From: Clostridia bacterium
GTDB lineage: Bacteria; Bacillota; Clostridia; RGIG6154
Length of the DNA: 64,000 nucleotides
Assembly (NCBI GenBank): GCA_045589295.1
Contig: JAZNOU010000012.1
Coordinates: forward strand, 64,001-128,000
Direction: 5' to 3'
In this document: in pieces, positions 18,542 through 28,581 of the stretch
How positions within the stretch are numbered: position 1 is the stretch's first letter
Layout: each line of letters opens with the position of its first letter
Translations under genes and position numbers: made by a program
The notes under the pieces: model-generated
The model's database searches: none
Told to the model about the DNA's origin: nothing
Seen by the model: only the letters and a program-made list of their open reading frames with translations

Positions 18542-18970
18542 ATGGATTTTTTAAAAGAATTTTTAAGTGCTGAGCTTTTTGACTCTGTTAAAAAAGAGCT
18601 TGAGGGCAAAAATGTTAGCCTTATTAACAATTTCAGCGGTGAATATGCTCTAAAAAGCGAGCTTGAAGAACAAAGCAATAAAAAAATCAACGAAATTATG
18701 TTTGAAAATGCGCTCTCTAGCGCGCTTGAAAAAAGTGGAGTTAAAAGCGTTAAAGCGCTCAAAGGGTTTTTAGAGCCTGAAAAAATGAGTTTTGAAGACG
18801 GAGTTTTAAAGGGCTTTAATGAACAGATTACAAAAATAAAAAAAGAAAACGGATTTTTATTTAACGATTTTGGTATAACAGGGCATTCTCACAAAAGCGG
18901 GATGACTGATTTTAACTCAATGAGTGATGATGAATATTACCAGAGCGTTTTAAGAAAGGATGAATTTTAA
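18542..18970 (+). CDS. Phage scaffolding protein (GP20-like)
   Basis: ALEKSGVKSVKALKGFL...GFNEQITKIKKENGFLF; sits between portal and capsid. Confidence 0.75.
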   Translation: MDFLKEFLSAELFDSVKKELEGKNVSLINNFSGEYALKSELEEQSNKKINEIMFENALSSALEKSGVKSVKALKGFLEPEKMSFEDGVLKGFNEQITKIKKENGFLFNDFGITGHSHKSGMTDFNSMSDDEYYQSVLRKDEF

Positions 18971-18972
18971 TT

Positions 18973-20082
18973 ATGGCAAATCAGCTTATTACTATTAAAG
19001 AAATTGCAAGGGCGGCTCTTCCGAGACTTATTGAAAATCTCGCGTTCCCGAACCTTGTTCACAAAGATTTTTCTAACGAGTTTGTTTCAGGTAAAGGTGA
19101 CAGAATTCAGGTAAGAAAGCCTGTTGTGTTATCTGCAGAAGAATTTGATGAAGCAAAAGGCACTTCTGTGCAGGATATTAACGAATCTTCTGTTGAAGTG
19201 GCACTCGACAAGCTTGCAACAGTTGATACAGAATTTTCTGCAATTGCTGCGGCAACTTCTATTGACGATATCAACAGAATTTTCATTGAGCCTGCGGCTG
19301 CGGCTCTTGCACAGAAAATCAACTCTGATGGTTTAGAACTTTATAAAGATATTCCTTATATTACAGGTGAAGCAGGCAAAACTCCGTCTTCCCTGGAAGA
19401 CATTGCGGCTGTAAGAAAGGCTTTAAATGACAAAAATGTTCCGATTACTCCGAGAGTTGCGGTATGGGACACTGAAGCAGACACCAAGTTTACAACTGTT
19501 GACGCTATTGTTCACGCTGACAAGTCAGGCAGAGTAAAAGCACTTCGCGATGGTTCAATCGGTAAGATTTTCGGACTTGAAAACTATATGTCTCAGGCCG
19601 TTAAAAAGCACAAGAGTGAATTGTCAGGCACTGCCCTTAAGATAAATGGTGCGACAGAAGAGGGGGCTACGACACTTTCTGTTACAGGAACAACTCTTAC
19701 AGGCAAGTTTGTAAAAGGCGACGTGCTTAAAATTGACGGCAAAACTTACACAGTTACTAAAGATTCAGATGAAGCGGCAAACAACACAATCGCTGAAGTT
19801 TGTGTTTACCCTGCTCTTGGCGCAGTGAAAGACAAAACAGAAATTACGTTAGTTGGAGACCACACAGCAAATCTTGCGTTTAATCCTATGGCGTTTGCTT
19901 TTGTAACACGTCCGCTTTCTGCTCCGTCAGGCGTTGAAAGCTATGTTACAAGCTACAACGGCATTACACTTCGTGTTGTTAAGGGATACGATATGAAGCA
20001 CAAAAAGGAAATGCTTTCTATGGACGTGCTTTACGGCTACAAAACTATGTATCCTGAGCTTGCAACAAGAGTTTTGGGCTAA
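18973..20082 (+). CDS. Major capsid protein (P22 coat-protein family)
   Basis: MANQLIT, GDRIQVRKP, GKIFGLENYMSQ, NLAFNPMAFAFVTRPL, SMDVLYGYK. Confidence 0.88.
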   Translation: MANQLITIKEIARAALPRLIENLAFPNLVHKDFSNEFVSGKGDRIQVRKPVVLSAEEFDEAKGTSVQDINESSVEVALDKLATVDTEFSAIAAATSIDDINRIFIEPAAAALAQKINSDGLELYKDIPYITGEAGKTPSSLEDIAAVRKALNDKNVPITPRVAVWDTEADTKFTTVDAIVHADKSGRVKALRDGSIGKIFGLENYMSQAVKKHKSELSGTALKINGATEEGATTLSVTGTTLTGKFVKGDVLKIDGKTYTVTKDSDEAANNTIAEVCVYPALGAVKDKTEITLVGDHTANLAFNPMAFAFVTRPLSAPSGVESYVTSYNGITLRVVKGYDMKHKKEMLSMDVLYGYKTMYPELATRVLG

Positions 20083-20103
20083 TCCTTTAAAGGAGGAGCT
20101 TGT

Positions 20104-20436
20104 ATGGATAAAGTAGGATTTGATTATTATCAGAACGTCTTTTTAGGCAGTGAGATTACTTCCAAAAAGGTGTTTGAAAAATTAGAGCGCTACGCACTTT
20201 CGTACGTTGATAAAATCACTTTCGGCAGAATTACTTATATGACCGAAAGCATTAAATGTGCGGTTTGCAGTGTGTGTGAGGCGCTTTTTAAAAGTAGTGA
20301 GCGAAGCGGCATTAAACACGAGGTAAATGACGGATATTCTGTGACTTATACCGATAAGGCAGAAAGCGAATTTTCTGATATTTATATGGCGGCGGCTGTG
20401 TTTTTGCCCGCGGAACTTCTTTACAAAGGTATTTAG
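20104..20436 (+). CDS. Head-tail connector/adaptor
   Basis: VDKITFGRI, KCAVCSVCE, NDGYSVTY, LLYKGI; follows capsid. Confidence 0.7.
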   Translation: MDKVGFDYYQNVFLGSEITSKKVFEKLERYALSYVDKITFGRITYMTESIKCAVCSVCEALFKSSERSGIKHEVNDGYSVTYTDKAESEFSDIYMAAAVFLPAELLYKGI

Positions 20437-20492
20437 CGGAAGGGGGCAATCCCTTTCATGCACAGATTATGAGTAAGGGGTGGATTTTTTAA

Positions 20493-20795
20493 ATGATATG
20501 CTGCGATAAATGTATTACGGTGTTTTCGTTTAACGGGAGGGCGTATGACAGTTTTGTTTTTGATGGTGTGAGTATTTTTGGTTCTGACGGGATTAAAGAA
20601 AATAATTCGGGGTTTGAAGAAAACAACAGCTTTAAAATAAGAATCCCGACAACTCAAAAGATTAGTGTTGCACCAGGTGACAGGGTTGTTTTCGGCATAA
20701 AAGATGCTTTTGATGCAGAAAATGCTTACACCGTTATGAGTGTTAAAGACAACACCAGGGGTGTAAATAAGCACTTTTTAATTGAAATTAAATAA
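20493..20795 (+). CDS. Head closure / neck protein
   Basis: GDRVVFG, TVMSVKDNTRG...H; gene order. Confidence 0.6.
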   Translation: MICCDKCITVFSFNGRAYDSFVFDGVSIFGSDGIKENNSGFEENNSFKIRIPTTQKISVAPGDRVVFGIKDAFDAENAYTVMSVKDNTRGVNKHFLIEIK

Positions 20796-20880
20796 TTTTT
20801 TGTGGGTTGGAGTATCGAAAAGGCAAGTTGTGTTTTAAGGTGGGAGAAAACACAGAATTTAAAAAGAAAGAGGGATTGAT

Positions 20881-21270
20881 TTGATAGATAAAATTCAGGA
20901 ATTTTTGCTCGGTTTCGGGCATTTCAATATAGATTATTTATCGGGAAAGATTAACGGAATGAGTGTGTATCAGGATAATTTTAATCCCGTCAAAAAGCCG
21001 TATTCCGGCGGCGGCGGACTTTACAGGTATTCCTTTTTTGTTGAAATCACAAGCCCTTATGCTGCCGATTTAAATGCAGGCAACCATATGGTGGTTGACG
21101 AGCTTATTGATTTCATAGAAAGAAAAAATTTAAAAAGGCAGCTTCCTGAACTTAAACAGGGGTTAAAGGCGCAGTCTATAAAGGTAATACAAAATTTCGG
21201 GCGTGTGAATACTGCAGTAAACAAGGCAAATTTCAGGCTAAAGCTTGAACTTTTGTACACAAAGGGGTGA
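20881..21270 (+). CDS. Tail terminator / neck (minor capsid-type) protein
   Basis: FNIDYL, DFIERKNLKRQLPEL, LKLELLY; gene order. Confidence 0.6.
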   Translation: MIDKIQEFLLGFGHFNIDYLSGKINGMSVYQDNFNPVKKPYSGGGGLYRYSFFVEITSPYAADLNAGNHMVVDELIDFIERKNLKRQLPELKQGLKAQSIKVIQNFGRVNTAVNKANFRLKLELLYTKG

Positions 21271-21770
21271 TATCTTTGGATTTAATTATGCTATCTGAAA
21301 ATCTAGCGGCATTTATGGAAATTGATGGTAAGTTTTATAAAATGCAAGGTTTTTCAAAGCTGGATATTCTTTCTGTGCCTGAGGTTTATGCAAGAAAATA
21401 CATAAACAACGACTTTAAAAGTGTAACAGTTACTGGCGGTGACACAAAAATTTCATACGCTTTTGACAGAATGAAAAATTTTAAGGTTCATGACGTTTTA
21501 TCACGTATTGCAGACCTTAATTTGAGCGGTGACGAGGCGACAGTAAAAATTGTTTTGGTCGATTTTGACAATGAACAAGACGGAAAGTTTTATGCTATTA
21601 AGCAAAGCTTTGCAGTTGTGTGCAAAGATGTTCGGCCTGAGGATGGTTTTTTAGATTATTTTGGTATGTTTATTTCTTCGGGTAAGGCATCAGAGGGGGC
21701 TGTTACCTCCTGTGATGGTTTTGAAACTGCTGATTTTACAGAGAAAAGGAGGGGAATATTATGCGATTGA
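21267..21770 (+). CDS. Major tail (tube) protein-like
   Basis: LAAFMEI..FYKMQGFS, YARKYIN, ISYAFD; gene order; start uncertain (ATG 21288 possible). Confidence 0.6.
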   Translation: MISLDLIMLSENLAAFMEIDGKFYKMQGFSKLDILSVPEVYARKYINNDFKSVTVTGGDTKISYAFDRMKNFKVHDVLSRIADLNLSGDEATVKIVLVDFDNEQDGKFYAIKQSFAVVCKDVRPEDGFLDYFGMFISSGKASEGAVTSCDGFETADFTEKRRGILCD

Positions 21771-22600
21771 TTTTTGAAAGCGACGGCAAAAAACTTGAAA
21801 TGGGTGACGATTGCGACGCCTCTGTTATTGAAATCTCGGGGCTTGGTACGCCTGAAAGGCAATACAACACCAAAAGGTATGTAAATATTCCAGGACAGGT
21901 TACTGTTTCTTCGCACGTGCTTGCAAGAAATATTGTAATTAAGGGTGATATATGTTTAAACGGAGGGTTGCCGACAGAAAAATATCACACTTTTTTCTGT
22001 CAAAGCGGAATGCTTACCATAACAGGAAAAGATAAAAAGAACATTAATTACAATCCTGTTTCTTTTAAGACGGGCAATAGAAATGGCGAGTTTGTTTCTT
22101 TTGAGCTTAAATTAGTTTGCGATTTTCCTTACTTTTCTGACGGCAATGACATTCCGTATGAGATATACAAAAGATTAGATATGGTAACAGGTAAGTTTAG
22201 TTTACCTAAAGTTTTTACCAAAAGAGTTACTGAGGTGGATATCTACAATTCGGGACAGGCAGACTCTGAACCTGTTATAACCATTGGATGTACAAATCAG
22301 GGTATTTACTCAGGCGGCATTGTGATTTACAATGCGCTTACAAAAAAAGAACTTAAGCTGGATACCAATCTTTCTTTAGGTGAAACGATTACAATTGATA
22401 TAAAAAACAGAAAAATCTCGAGTAATAAGAGAGCAAACTGCTACGGAATTTTAAATGAGAATTGTGTTTTGTCTGATTTTGTGATTGCAAGGGGAATAAA
22501 TCATATTTTACTTACAAACTTAAACGACGGAGAAACAGTTACAGCATCAATTTTGTTTAATAATTTATATGCGGAGGCGGAGATTGTTGAAAGAAATTAA
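21761..22600 (+). CDS. Distal tail (Dit/Sipho_tail) protein
   Basis: ISGLG, PG, RNIVIKG, CDFPYF, IYNSGQ..SEPVITI, GETITID, GINHI. Confidence 0.75.
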   Translation: MRLIFESDGKKLEMGDDCDASVIEISGLGTPERQYNTKRYVNIPGQVTVSSHVLARNIVIKGDICLNGGLPTEKYHTFFCQSGMLTITGKDKKNINYNPVSFKTGNRNGEFVSFELKLVCDFPYFSDGNDIPYEIYKRLDMVTGKFSLPKVFTKRVTEVDIYNSGQADSEPVITIGCTNQGIYSGGIVIYNALTKKELKLDTNLSLGETITIDIKNRKISSNKRANCYGILNENCVLSDFVIARGINHILLTNLNDGETVTASILFNNLYAEAEIVERN

Positions 22601-23726
22601 AATTTATGATTTTGACTTTAACCTGATTGCTTCCGAGTTTAAGTGCGTTTCATTTAAGTGGGATGTAAGATTTAATTCAATTGGCGGCTTCGAGGGGGTA
22701 TTTACCCTTGATTCTGACATTTATTCTACGTGTGCAAACAAGGATTTTTTGGTTTGCGTTCAAGGCGAAAATCAGGGAATTGTAACCTCTGTGAGAATTG
22801 AAAACGACCAGATTATAATTAGCGGGAAGTCTTTAAACTTTTTGCTTGAAAAAAGGGTTTGTCTACCTTTTTCAACTAAAGATAGCGGTATTTTAAAATC
22901 TGCTCCCGAGCTTGTGTGCGAGTTGGTTTTAAAGTATTGCGGTGATTTTATGGAGGTTTTAAGTGCACCACAAGGATACGATAAATCGCATTTTACCAGG
23001 ATTGAAGCAAAGCCTCTTTGCGAGATTGTAACAGATTTGCTAAGCGGTGTTAATCTTGGACATTTTGTTAAGTTTGACATAAAAAACAAAAAGTGGATAT
23101 TTGGCATAATAGAGCCTGAAGTAAAAAACATTGTGCTTTCAGAACCTGACAAAACCCTTTCTGATTGCGATTATGTAAGATATTTGTCAGACTATGCTGC
23201 GTCAGGCGTTTATCAGCAAAAAGTATATTATCAGGGCTTGTGGAATGCTGAGACAAACACTCCTTTTTTGTGGGACAATGAAAAACCCAATTTTGCAAAA
23301 GCTTACAAGGTGGAAGAGGCCGGTCAGATGTTTGGCATAAGTTTTGACAAGGGTGATTACATTATTTGCAAGGATGAAAGCGGTAAGTGGCAAAAAAGTG
23401 CAGATTGCTTACCTTTTTGGTACAAGGTTACACCTAAAAACGCAAATGGAGCTAAACTTTGGGAGTGCGCTTTATCCTGCGATGATATTTCAGAGGCTTA
23501 CGAATTGACACTTTTAAGAGAAATAAGCGAAAATGTGGTAGCACTTACCGAGGGTGAGGTTAAAAACGAGTTTAAAGTGGGCGATATAATAAAAATTCAG
23601 CTTGGCAGAGGCGATGCTCTAAAGGTTTTTACAAAGCAGGTTAAAAGAATGGTGCATCACAGCGACGCTGAGGAAAGTTTTGTAAGACCTACATTCTATA
23701 AGTTAAAGGAGAGGGAAGATGAGTAA
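22569..23726 (+). CDS. Siphovirus baseplate hub (Gp37/Tal-like) protein
   Basis: IKIYDFDFNLI, RFNSIGGFE, ISGKSL..LLEKR, FKVGDII; follows Dit; true start may be TTG near 22587. Confidence 0.65.
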   Translation: MRRRRLLKEIKIYDFDFNLIASEFKCVSFKWDVRFNSIGGFEGVFTLDSDIYSTCANKDFLVCVQGENQGIVTSVRIENDQIIISGKSLNFLLEKRVCLPFSTKDSGILKSAPELVCELVLKYCGDFMEVLSAPQGYDKSHFTRIEAKPLCEIVTDLLSGVNLGHFVKFDIKNKKWIFGIIEPEVKNIVLSEPDKTLSDCDYVRYLSDYAASGVYQQKVYYQGLWNAETNTPFLWDNEKPNFAKAYKVEEAGQMFGISFDKGDYIICKDESGKWQKSADCLPFWYKVTPKNANGAKLWECALSCDDISEAYELTLLREISENVVALTEGEVKNEFKVGDIIKIQLGRGDALKVFTKQVKRMVHHSDAEESFVRPTFYKLKEREDE

Positions 23727-24573
23727 TTATAAATATACTTTTTTTGATAATCAGACGGTTGGCGTTGACCATTTGAACGAAATTACAAAGAGGCTTGTGT
23801 CAGGGGGGATTTCTGCAGTTTACAGCGGAGTAGATTTTAATGTTGCAGACATTAATGATAACAATAAGGCGATTTTAACAGGCGGTGTTGTACCTGGAAA
23901 TGATTTGAATTTAAAGGTAACGGCGGTAGGAAGCGGAAAGTACCTTATAAATCAGGGACTTTGCTTTTTTAACAACGGCACTACTATGGAGATTTTATCG
24001 GGCGGAGAAGAAATTGTTGTACCGCAAGGGGTAACAAGCTACATTTATTTGGTGTCCGACAGCAATAAAATGGCGTGTTATGTCGAAGTTTTGCAAAGTG
24101 AAAAGCAGACGGGTGAATTTATTCTTCTGGCTGTTATAAATGTTGACGGGACAGTTGTCGATAAACGCACCTATGCGAAAGGTAAAGTTCCCGGGTTTTA
24201 TGCGTCTTCCGAGAGCATGCAGGTAAATATTACCCAAAAATATGAGGGAGAAAAAAATATAGAAATTTCGGTTGGTATGGGCAATTTTAAGCATCTTTGT
24301 ATCAGGGCAGAGTCAGGCGCTTTTCATAATGGTTCTGGGTATAACATTAATTACGGGGGACTTTTTTATTGTGATTTTGAAAACTCAGTTGCGGTAAATC
24401 CTTCTATGTGTTCCGTGCTTGCAGGCGATAGTTATATTTATTATGACAGAAACATTGGCTCCTGCCGTCTTGGGTCTAATATTAGATTGGAAAACGGAAA
24501 GCTCATTATACCTGTGATAGAGGGTAATGTAAATAAGGGGTATGAAGTACGGTTTTCATATCATTTATGGTAA
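23719..24573 (+). CDS. Baseplate / minor tail protein
   Basis: YTFFDN, G.CFFNNG, ILLAVI...VDKRTY; gene order. Confidence 0.6.
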   Translation: MSNYKYTFFDNQTVGVDHLNEITKRLVSGGISAVYSGVDFNVADINDNNKAILTGGVVPGNDLNLKVTAVGSGKYLINQGLCFFNNGTTMEILSGGEEIVVPQGVTSYIYLVSDSNKMACYVEVLQSEKQTGEFILLAVINVDGTVVDKRTYAKGKVPGFYASSESMQVNITQKYEGEKNIEISVGMGNFKHLCIRAESGAFHNGSGYNINYGGLFYCDFENSVAVNPSMCSVLAGDSYIYYDRNIGSCRLGSNIRLENGKLIIPVIEGNVNKGYEVRFSYHLW

Positions 24574-24585
24574 GGAGGAGTTTAG

Positions 24586-27411
24586 ATGAAGAGAAAAATT
24601 ATTCCAAAACAAAAATATACAACCTATGCTTCGTTTCCGCTTGTGTCTGGCGACGTAAGGGCATACGAGATAGAGCTTGATTTAGGTGAAAATGTTTCGG
24701 GGGCGGAGTTTAAGGTAGTTGCAATCCGCGCTGACGGCAAGGCTATTGAGGATTTGGGAACAGTTGAAAACGGAATCGCAAGATATACTTTATCAAACAG
24801 TATGTACGCCGTACAGGGTGAGCTTACTGTAAGATTGCAGATACTTCATAATTCAAGTGTTTTAACTGATAGGGAAATTATTTTTGAGGTTAAAAAAGGT
24901 GCGACTGATACTACAGCGGCACAAACTGTTATGCCTCTTAACGACAGTGTGATTTTAAGAGTTTCTGCATTTGAAGATAAGCTTTTAAGCAAGGTTGACA
25001 AACAAGCGGGCATGGGACTTTCGACAAATGATTTTTCGGACCAGTACAAGCAAAAACTTGATAACTTAGATGAAACTATGGGAGCAGAAATAGAGCAAAT
25101 ATCAGAAACGATTGATAATTTGTCAGATAGTTTTGATGAACACACAAAAGACAAAGCAAACCCCCACAATGTTACGGCGCAGCAGGTTGGTGCATATTCA
25201 AAATCTGAAACAGATAACAAGCTTTATAAAAAAGCGGATAAATCAGATATTTCTAATATATACTCATATCAAGGCTCAGTTGATACTTTTGAGGATATTG
25301 AGTGTATCAGCATAACGCTTGTCCCCAATGGCGAGCCTACTTGCAAAGGACAAGTATGCGGGTCGTTTAATGAAGATGATGGGTGTGTGACTATCGATGA
25401 GATAGCAGAAGAAGATTTTGATACAATTATTATTCCAATAAAAGAGGTAACGCTTAAAAAGGGGTATTATGCTATATCAAGCGAGCTGAGAGATGGTATG
25501 TATAAGTCAGGAATTGCAATTGATATTTACCAAATGGATGAATTTAATGTGCAGGAAGGATATGTTTTCAAAGTCGAAAATGACACGGTTATAAATCTGG
25601 CTCATATATTCAGACATAGTGATTCACTATTTGGTGGTTGCACAGGAGATGTTGTATGCACACTTACCAAAATGCCAAATATACTTGTAGATGAATCCAG
25701 CTATAACGAACAATATGGAACTTGTGAAGCGTATGGCATTTCTCCGTCAAACGGCTCAGTATACAACGTCTTAGACACGGGTATAAACTATGCTTGGAAT
25801 GGTACTGAATGGGACGCTTTAGGCGGTGAGCATAAGGATTTAGAGGCTAGAGAAGAAATTAAAAAACTGTCTGATAGTTTGGACTGTATTGATATTAGTG
25901 ATAATAACATTTCGTTTAACAGAGATAAAAACACAGTCGGCATAATAAAAGAGATTGGTAGTTTCACCTGTACTGCGATTGATGAAAGTACAAACAAATA
26001 CACCTTTGATGTTGCTGACACGTCAGTTTTTGTTTCATACACCGAGTACAAGGTTACGGTAGATGATACTGACTATCTTATAAGGTCAACAACAATAAAC
26101 GAAGATAACGTTGTGTTTGAAGCGGTTGATGATGCAGTTCCTTTTGAGGTTGGAAATACATACAACATAAGATTTGAGACAAAAAATGCAACCTCTTTTG
26201 GTGTGGATAATACAGTTTTGGCAAATGAGGGCTTTGCAACAGGTATGGCTAATTTCATTGATGAAACTGGCGACCAAGGTGTTGCTCACGGATACGGCAA
26301 TAAGCTCTCAGGAAAGGCACATTTTGTTGCAGGTTCATCAAATGATGTTTCAGAAGGCAGTACTGATACAATATTTGGCAGTAACAACATTGTCAAAGGC
26401 AGTAACAAACTTGTTGCAGGTCTAAACCTGCTTGCGGAATTAACTGCTTCGGGAAGTGCTGTATTAGGAAAATACAACATTGATGTAAAAGATGCTTTGC
26501 TTATAGTTGGTATCGGATATGATAAAAACCACAGACAAAATGCTTTGGTTATGGACAAAAACGGCAATATTGTAGCTTATGGTACTCTTACTGTGGATAA
26601 TAATGTAAGTATTAACGGAGAGCTAAATGTTTGCAATAAAGCTGTTATGTCTAAGGGGTTAGAGGTTAACGGTGAAACTACGATTGATGGCAGTACAAAT
26701 ATTAAAGGAGCAATGGCATATAAAGAGTCTGAGGTTGTGAACCTAGAAATGTTATCCAAACATACAGGTATCGATATTGGCAGAAAAGGTGCAGGTTATA
26801 TGTCTGTCGTGTTTAATCACGACGGTAATGAAGGAAGCGGGTATGCTTCGTTTACTGCAGGCACAAGTAACAAAACAACTGCAGGACAGGCAGCAACCTT
26901 TGGGCACGCAAATGAAAATAGCGGTTTTTCTGCTTTTACTGCAGGCTCGGGCAATATAACTACAAAAGACCAAGGTGCTACGTTTGGCTATTCAAATGAA
27001 AATCACGGATGGGCTTCTTTCATAGCCGGTGCTTTTAACAAAATAAAAGGAGCTTTTAACGCCTGTATTGCTTTAGGTAGGGATATATTAATAAATGCAG
27101 ATAACGCTATTGGTATTGGAAGAGGACTTAATGTTGATAAGGCTAACCAAGTAGTTGTTGGTGCATATAACAAGTCTGATAATGAATCTGTGTTTATAGC
27201 AGGCTGTGGTACGGATGATAAAAACCGCAAGAACGCAATAACTGTAAGAGAATCTGACGGACGTACCAAAATCCATAATGGGCTTGATGTAGAAGGTTTA
27301 ATAAACGGTGTGGATTTACAAGAACTTAAAACGCAAATGGGTGACATTAACACTGCACTTGAAGCCATTATCGAAATTGACAATAAACTGATTGGCGGTG
27401 ATGGTGAATGA
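24586..27411 (+). CDS. Tail fibre / receptor-binding protein (BppU-like N-terminus, YadA-head-like repeats)
   Basis: KVDKQAGMGLSTNDF, NPHNVTAQQVG, NYAWNGTEWDALGG, 14-aa periodic AxG.SN repeats, G.G.D..RKNA neck motifs. Confidence 0.75.
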   Translation: MKRKIIPKQKYTTYASFPLVSGDVRAYEIELDLGENVSGAEFKVVAIRADGKAIEDLGTVENGIARYTLSNSMYAVQGELTVRLQILHNSSVLTDREIIFEVKKGATDTTAAQTVMPLNDSVILRVSAFEDKLLSKVDKQAGMGLSTNDFSDQYKQKLDNLDETMGAEIEQISETIDNLSDSFDEHTKDKANPHNVTAQQVGAYSKSETDNKLYKKADKSDISNIYSYQGSVDTFEDIECISITLVPNGEPTCKGQVCGSFNEDDGCVTIDEIAEEDFDTIIIPIKEVTLKKGYYAISSELRDGMYKSGIAIDIYQMDEFNVQEGYVFKVENDTVINLAHIFRHSDSLFGGCTGDVVCTLTKMPNILVDESSYNEQYGTCEAYGISPSNGSVYNVLDTGINYAWNGTEWDALGGEHKDLEAREEIKKLSDSLDCIDISDNNISFNRDKNTVGIIKEIGSFTCTAIDESTNKYTFDVADTSVFVSYTEYKVTVDDTDYLIRSTTINEDNVVFEAVDDAVPFEVGNTYNIRFETKNATSFGVDNTVLANEGFATGMANFIDETGDQGVAHGYGNKLSGKAHFVAGSSNDVSEGSTDTIFGSNNIVKGSNKLVAGLNLLAELTASGSAVLGKYNIDVKDALLIVGIGYDKNHRQNALVMDKNGNIVAYGTLTVDNNVSINGELNVCNKAVMSKGLEVNGETTIDGSTNIKGAMAYKESEVVNLEMLSKHTGIDIGRKGAGYMSVVFNHDGNEGSGYASFTAGTSNKTTAGQAATFGHANENSGFSAFTAGSGNITTKDQGATFGYSNENHGWASFIAGAFNKIKGAFNACIALGRDILINADNAIGIGRGLNVDKANQVVVGAYNKSDNESVFIAGCGTDDKNRKNAITVRESDGRTKIHNGLDVEGLINGVDLQELKTQMGDINTALEAIIEIDNKLIGGDGE

Positions 27412-28571
27412 GTAACAGTATAGAGCAAAACCTTGTGACTATTGCTGAAAACCGACAAAAGATTTATGATGCAGGGAGAAATGCCGTTATAAACGAACTG
27501 AAGGAACTGCAAAAAGGCACTGCAAATGGTGAAGTTGTTGCCATTTCTGATATATCACCTATCCCACATAATATTGATGTTAAAGTATCAAGCAAAAATA
27601 TAGTTAATGCTGATGTTTTATGTGGCAAACAATTTACTAAAAATGATGATGGAAGTTATACCTTTACTATGGGTAGTGGCGGTAATAGATTTACTGCAAT
27701 GGCTAATATATTTATTCCAAAAGGCTCAAAAGTTGTGTTTTCTATAACTGGTTTTGAGAGTGATAATATTGCTTTGGTTGGTATTCAAACACTTTATGCT
27801 AATGGCACTTATTTAAGTAGTTATGATGTAAAGCCTGGATATTTATCAAACAAAGCAATTAAAACAGAAGATGATATAGTAGGCTTGCGCTTATATCTTA
27901 ATCAAGGCACTGCTGAAGGAGCAACAGTAAAACTAACTGGTATTCAATTGGAATATGGCACAGTAGCAACCGCTTATACACCTTATGTAGATGTAAGCAC
28001 AGTTAAGTTAGATGCTCTTGGGAAAAATCTGTGGGATGCAGACTTAAATAAAATAGCACCAGTGCAATATACATCTGCGACAAGCGGTGGAATGGCAAAA
28101 AGAAATGGTTGGGAAATGGAATTGGTTGCAGGTGTTACATACACAGTAAAAGCAACACCAAAAGAAAGCAGTTTTACAGAAAGTTATTTGTACGGATGTG
28201 TAACTGATAAGGATGATAAAGTTAAAAAGACTACACCTTTAGTAGCAAATCAACAGTTACAAACTCACACATTTACAGCAGAAGATGGTTGGAAATTAAA
28301 GCTGTATGACGGGATTGCGCAAAACGGACTTACAGATACTAAGACAATGGTGTCAAAATTTAATATTCAGCTTGAAATCGGTGAAAAAGCAACACCTTAT
28401 GAACCACATATCCAGCCTGTAACATATATACCGAATGCAGACGGAGCTATAGAGGGGGTAAAGAGTGTTTGCCCTAATATGACTCTTTTAACTAATACTG
28501 AAGGAGTAATGATTGAGTGCAACTATAAGAAAGACATAAACCCGATTTTTGATAAATATGTGAGAGATTAG
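27408..28571 (+). CDS. Phage accessory tail protein with two repeated beta-sandwich modules
   Basis: Two copies of (S/G)KN...IQLExGxxATxYxP. Confidence 0.6.
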   Translation: MSNSIEQNLVTIAENRQKIYDAGRNAVINELKELQKGTANGEVVAISDISPIPHNIDVKVSSKNIVNADVLCGKQFTKNDDGSYTFTMGSGGNRFTAMANIFIPKGSKVVFSITGFESDNIALVGIQTLYANGTYLSSYDVKPGYLSNKAIKTEDDIVGLRLYLNQGTAEGATVKLTGIQLEYGTVATAYTPYVDVSTVKLDALGKNLWDADLNKIAPVQYTSATSGGMAKRNGWEMELVAGVTYTVKATPKESSFTESYLYGCVTDKDDKVKKTTPLVANQQLQTHTFTAEDGWKLKLYDGIAQNGLTDTKTMVSKFNIQLEIGEKATPYEPHIQPVTYIPNADGAIEGVKSVCPNMTLLTNTEGVMIECNYKKDINPIFDKYVRD

Positions 28572-28581
28572 GAGTGATTTT

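Noticed and set aside
24586-28571. Diversity-generating retroelement or shufflon acting on the tail fibre
   Set aside because: No reverse transcriptase, invertase or TR/VR pair seen in the window
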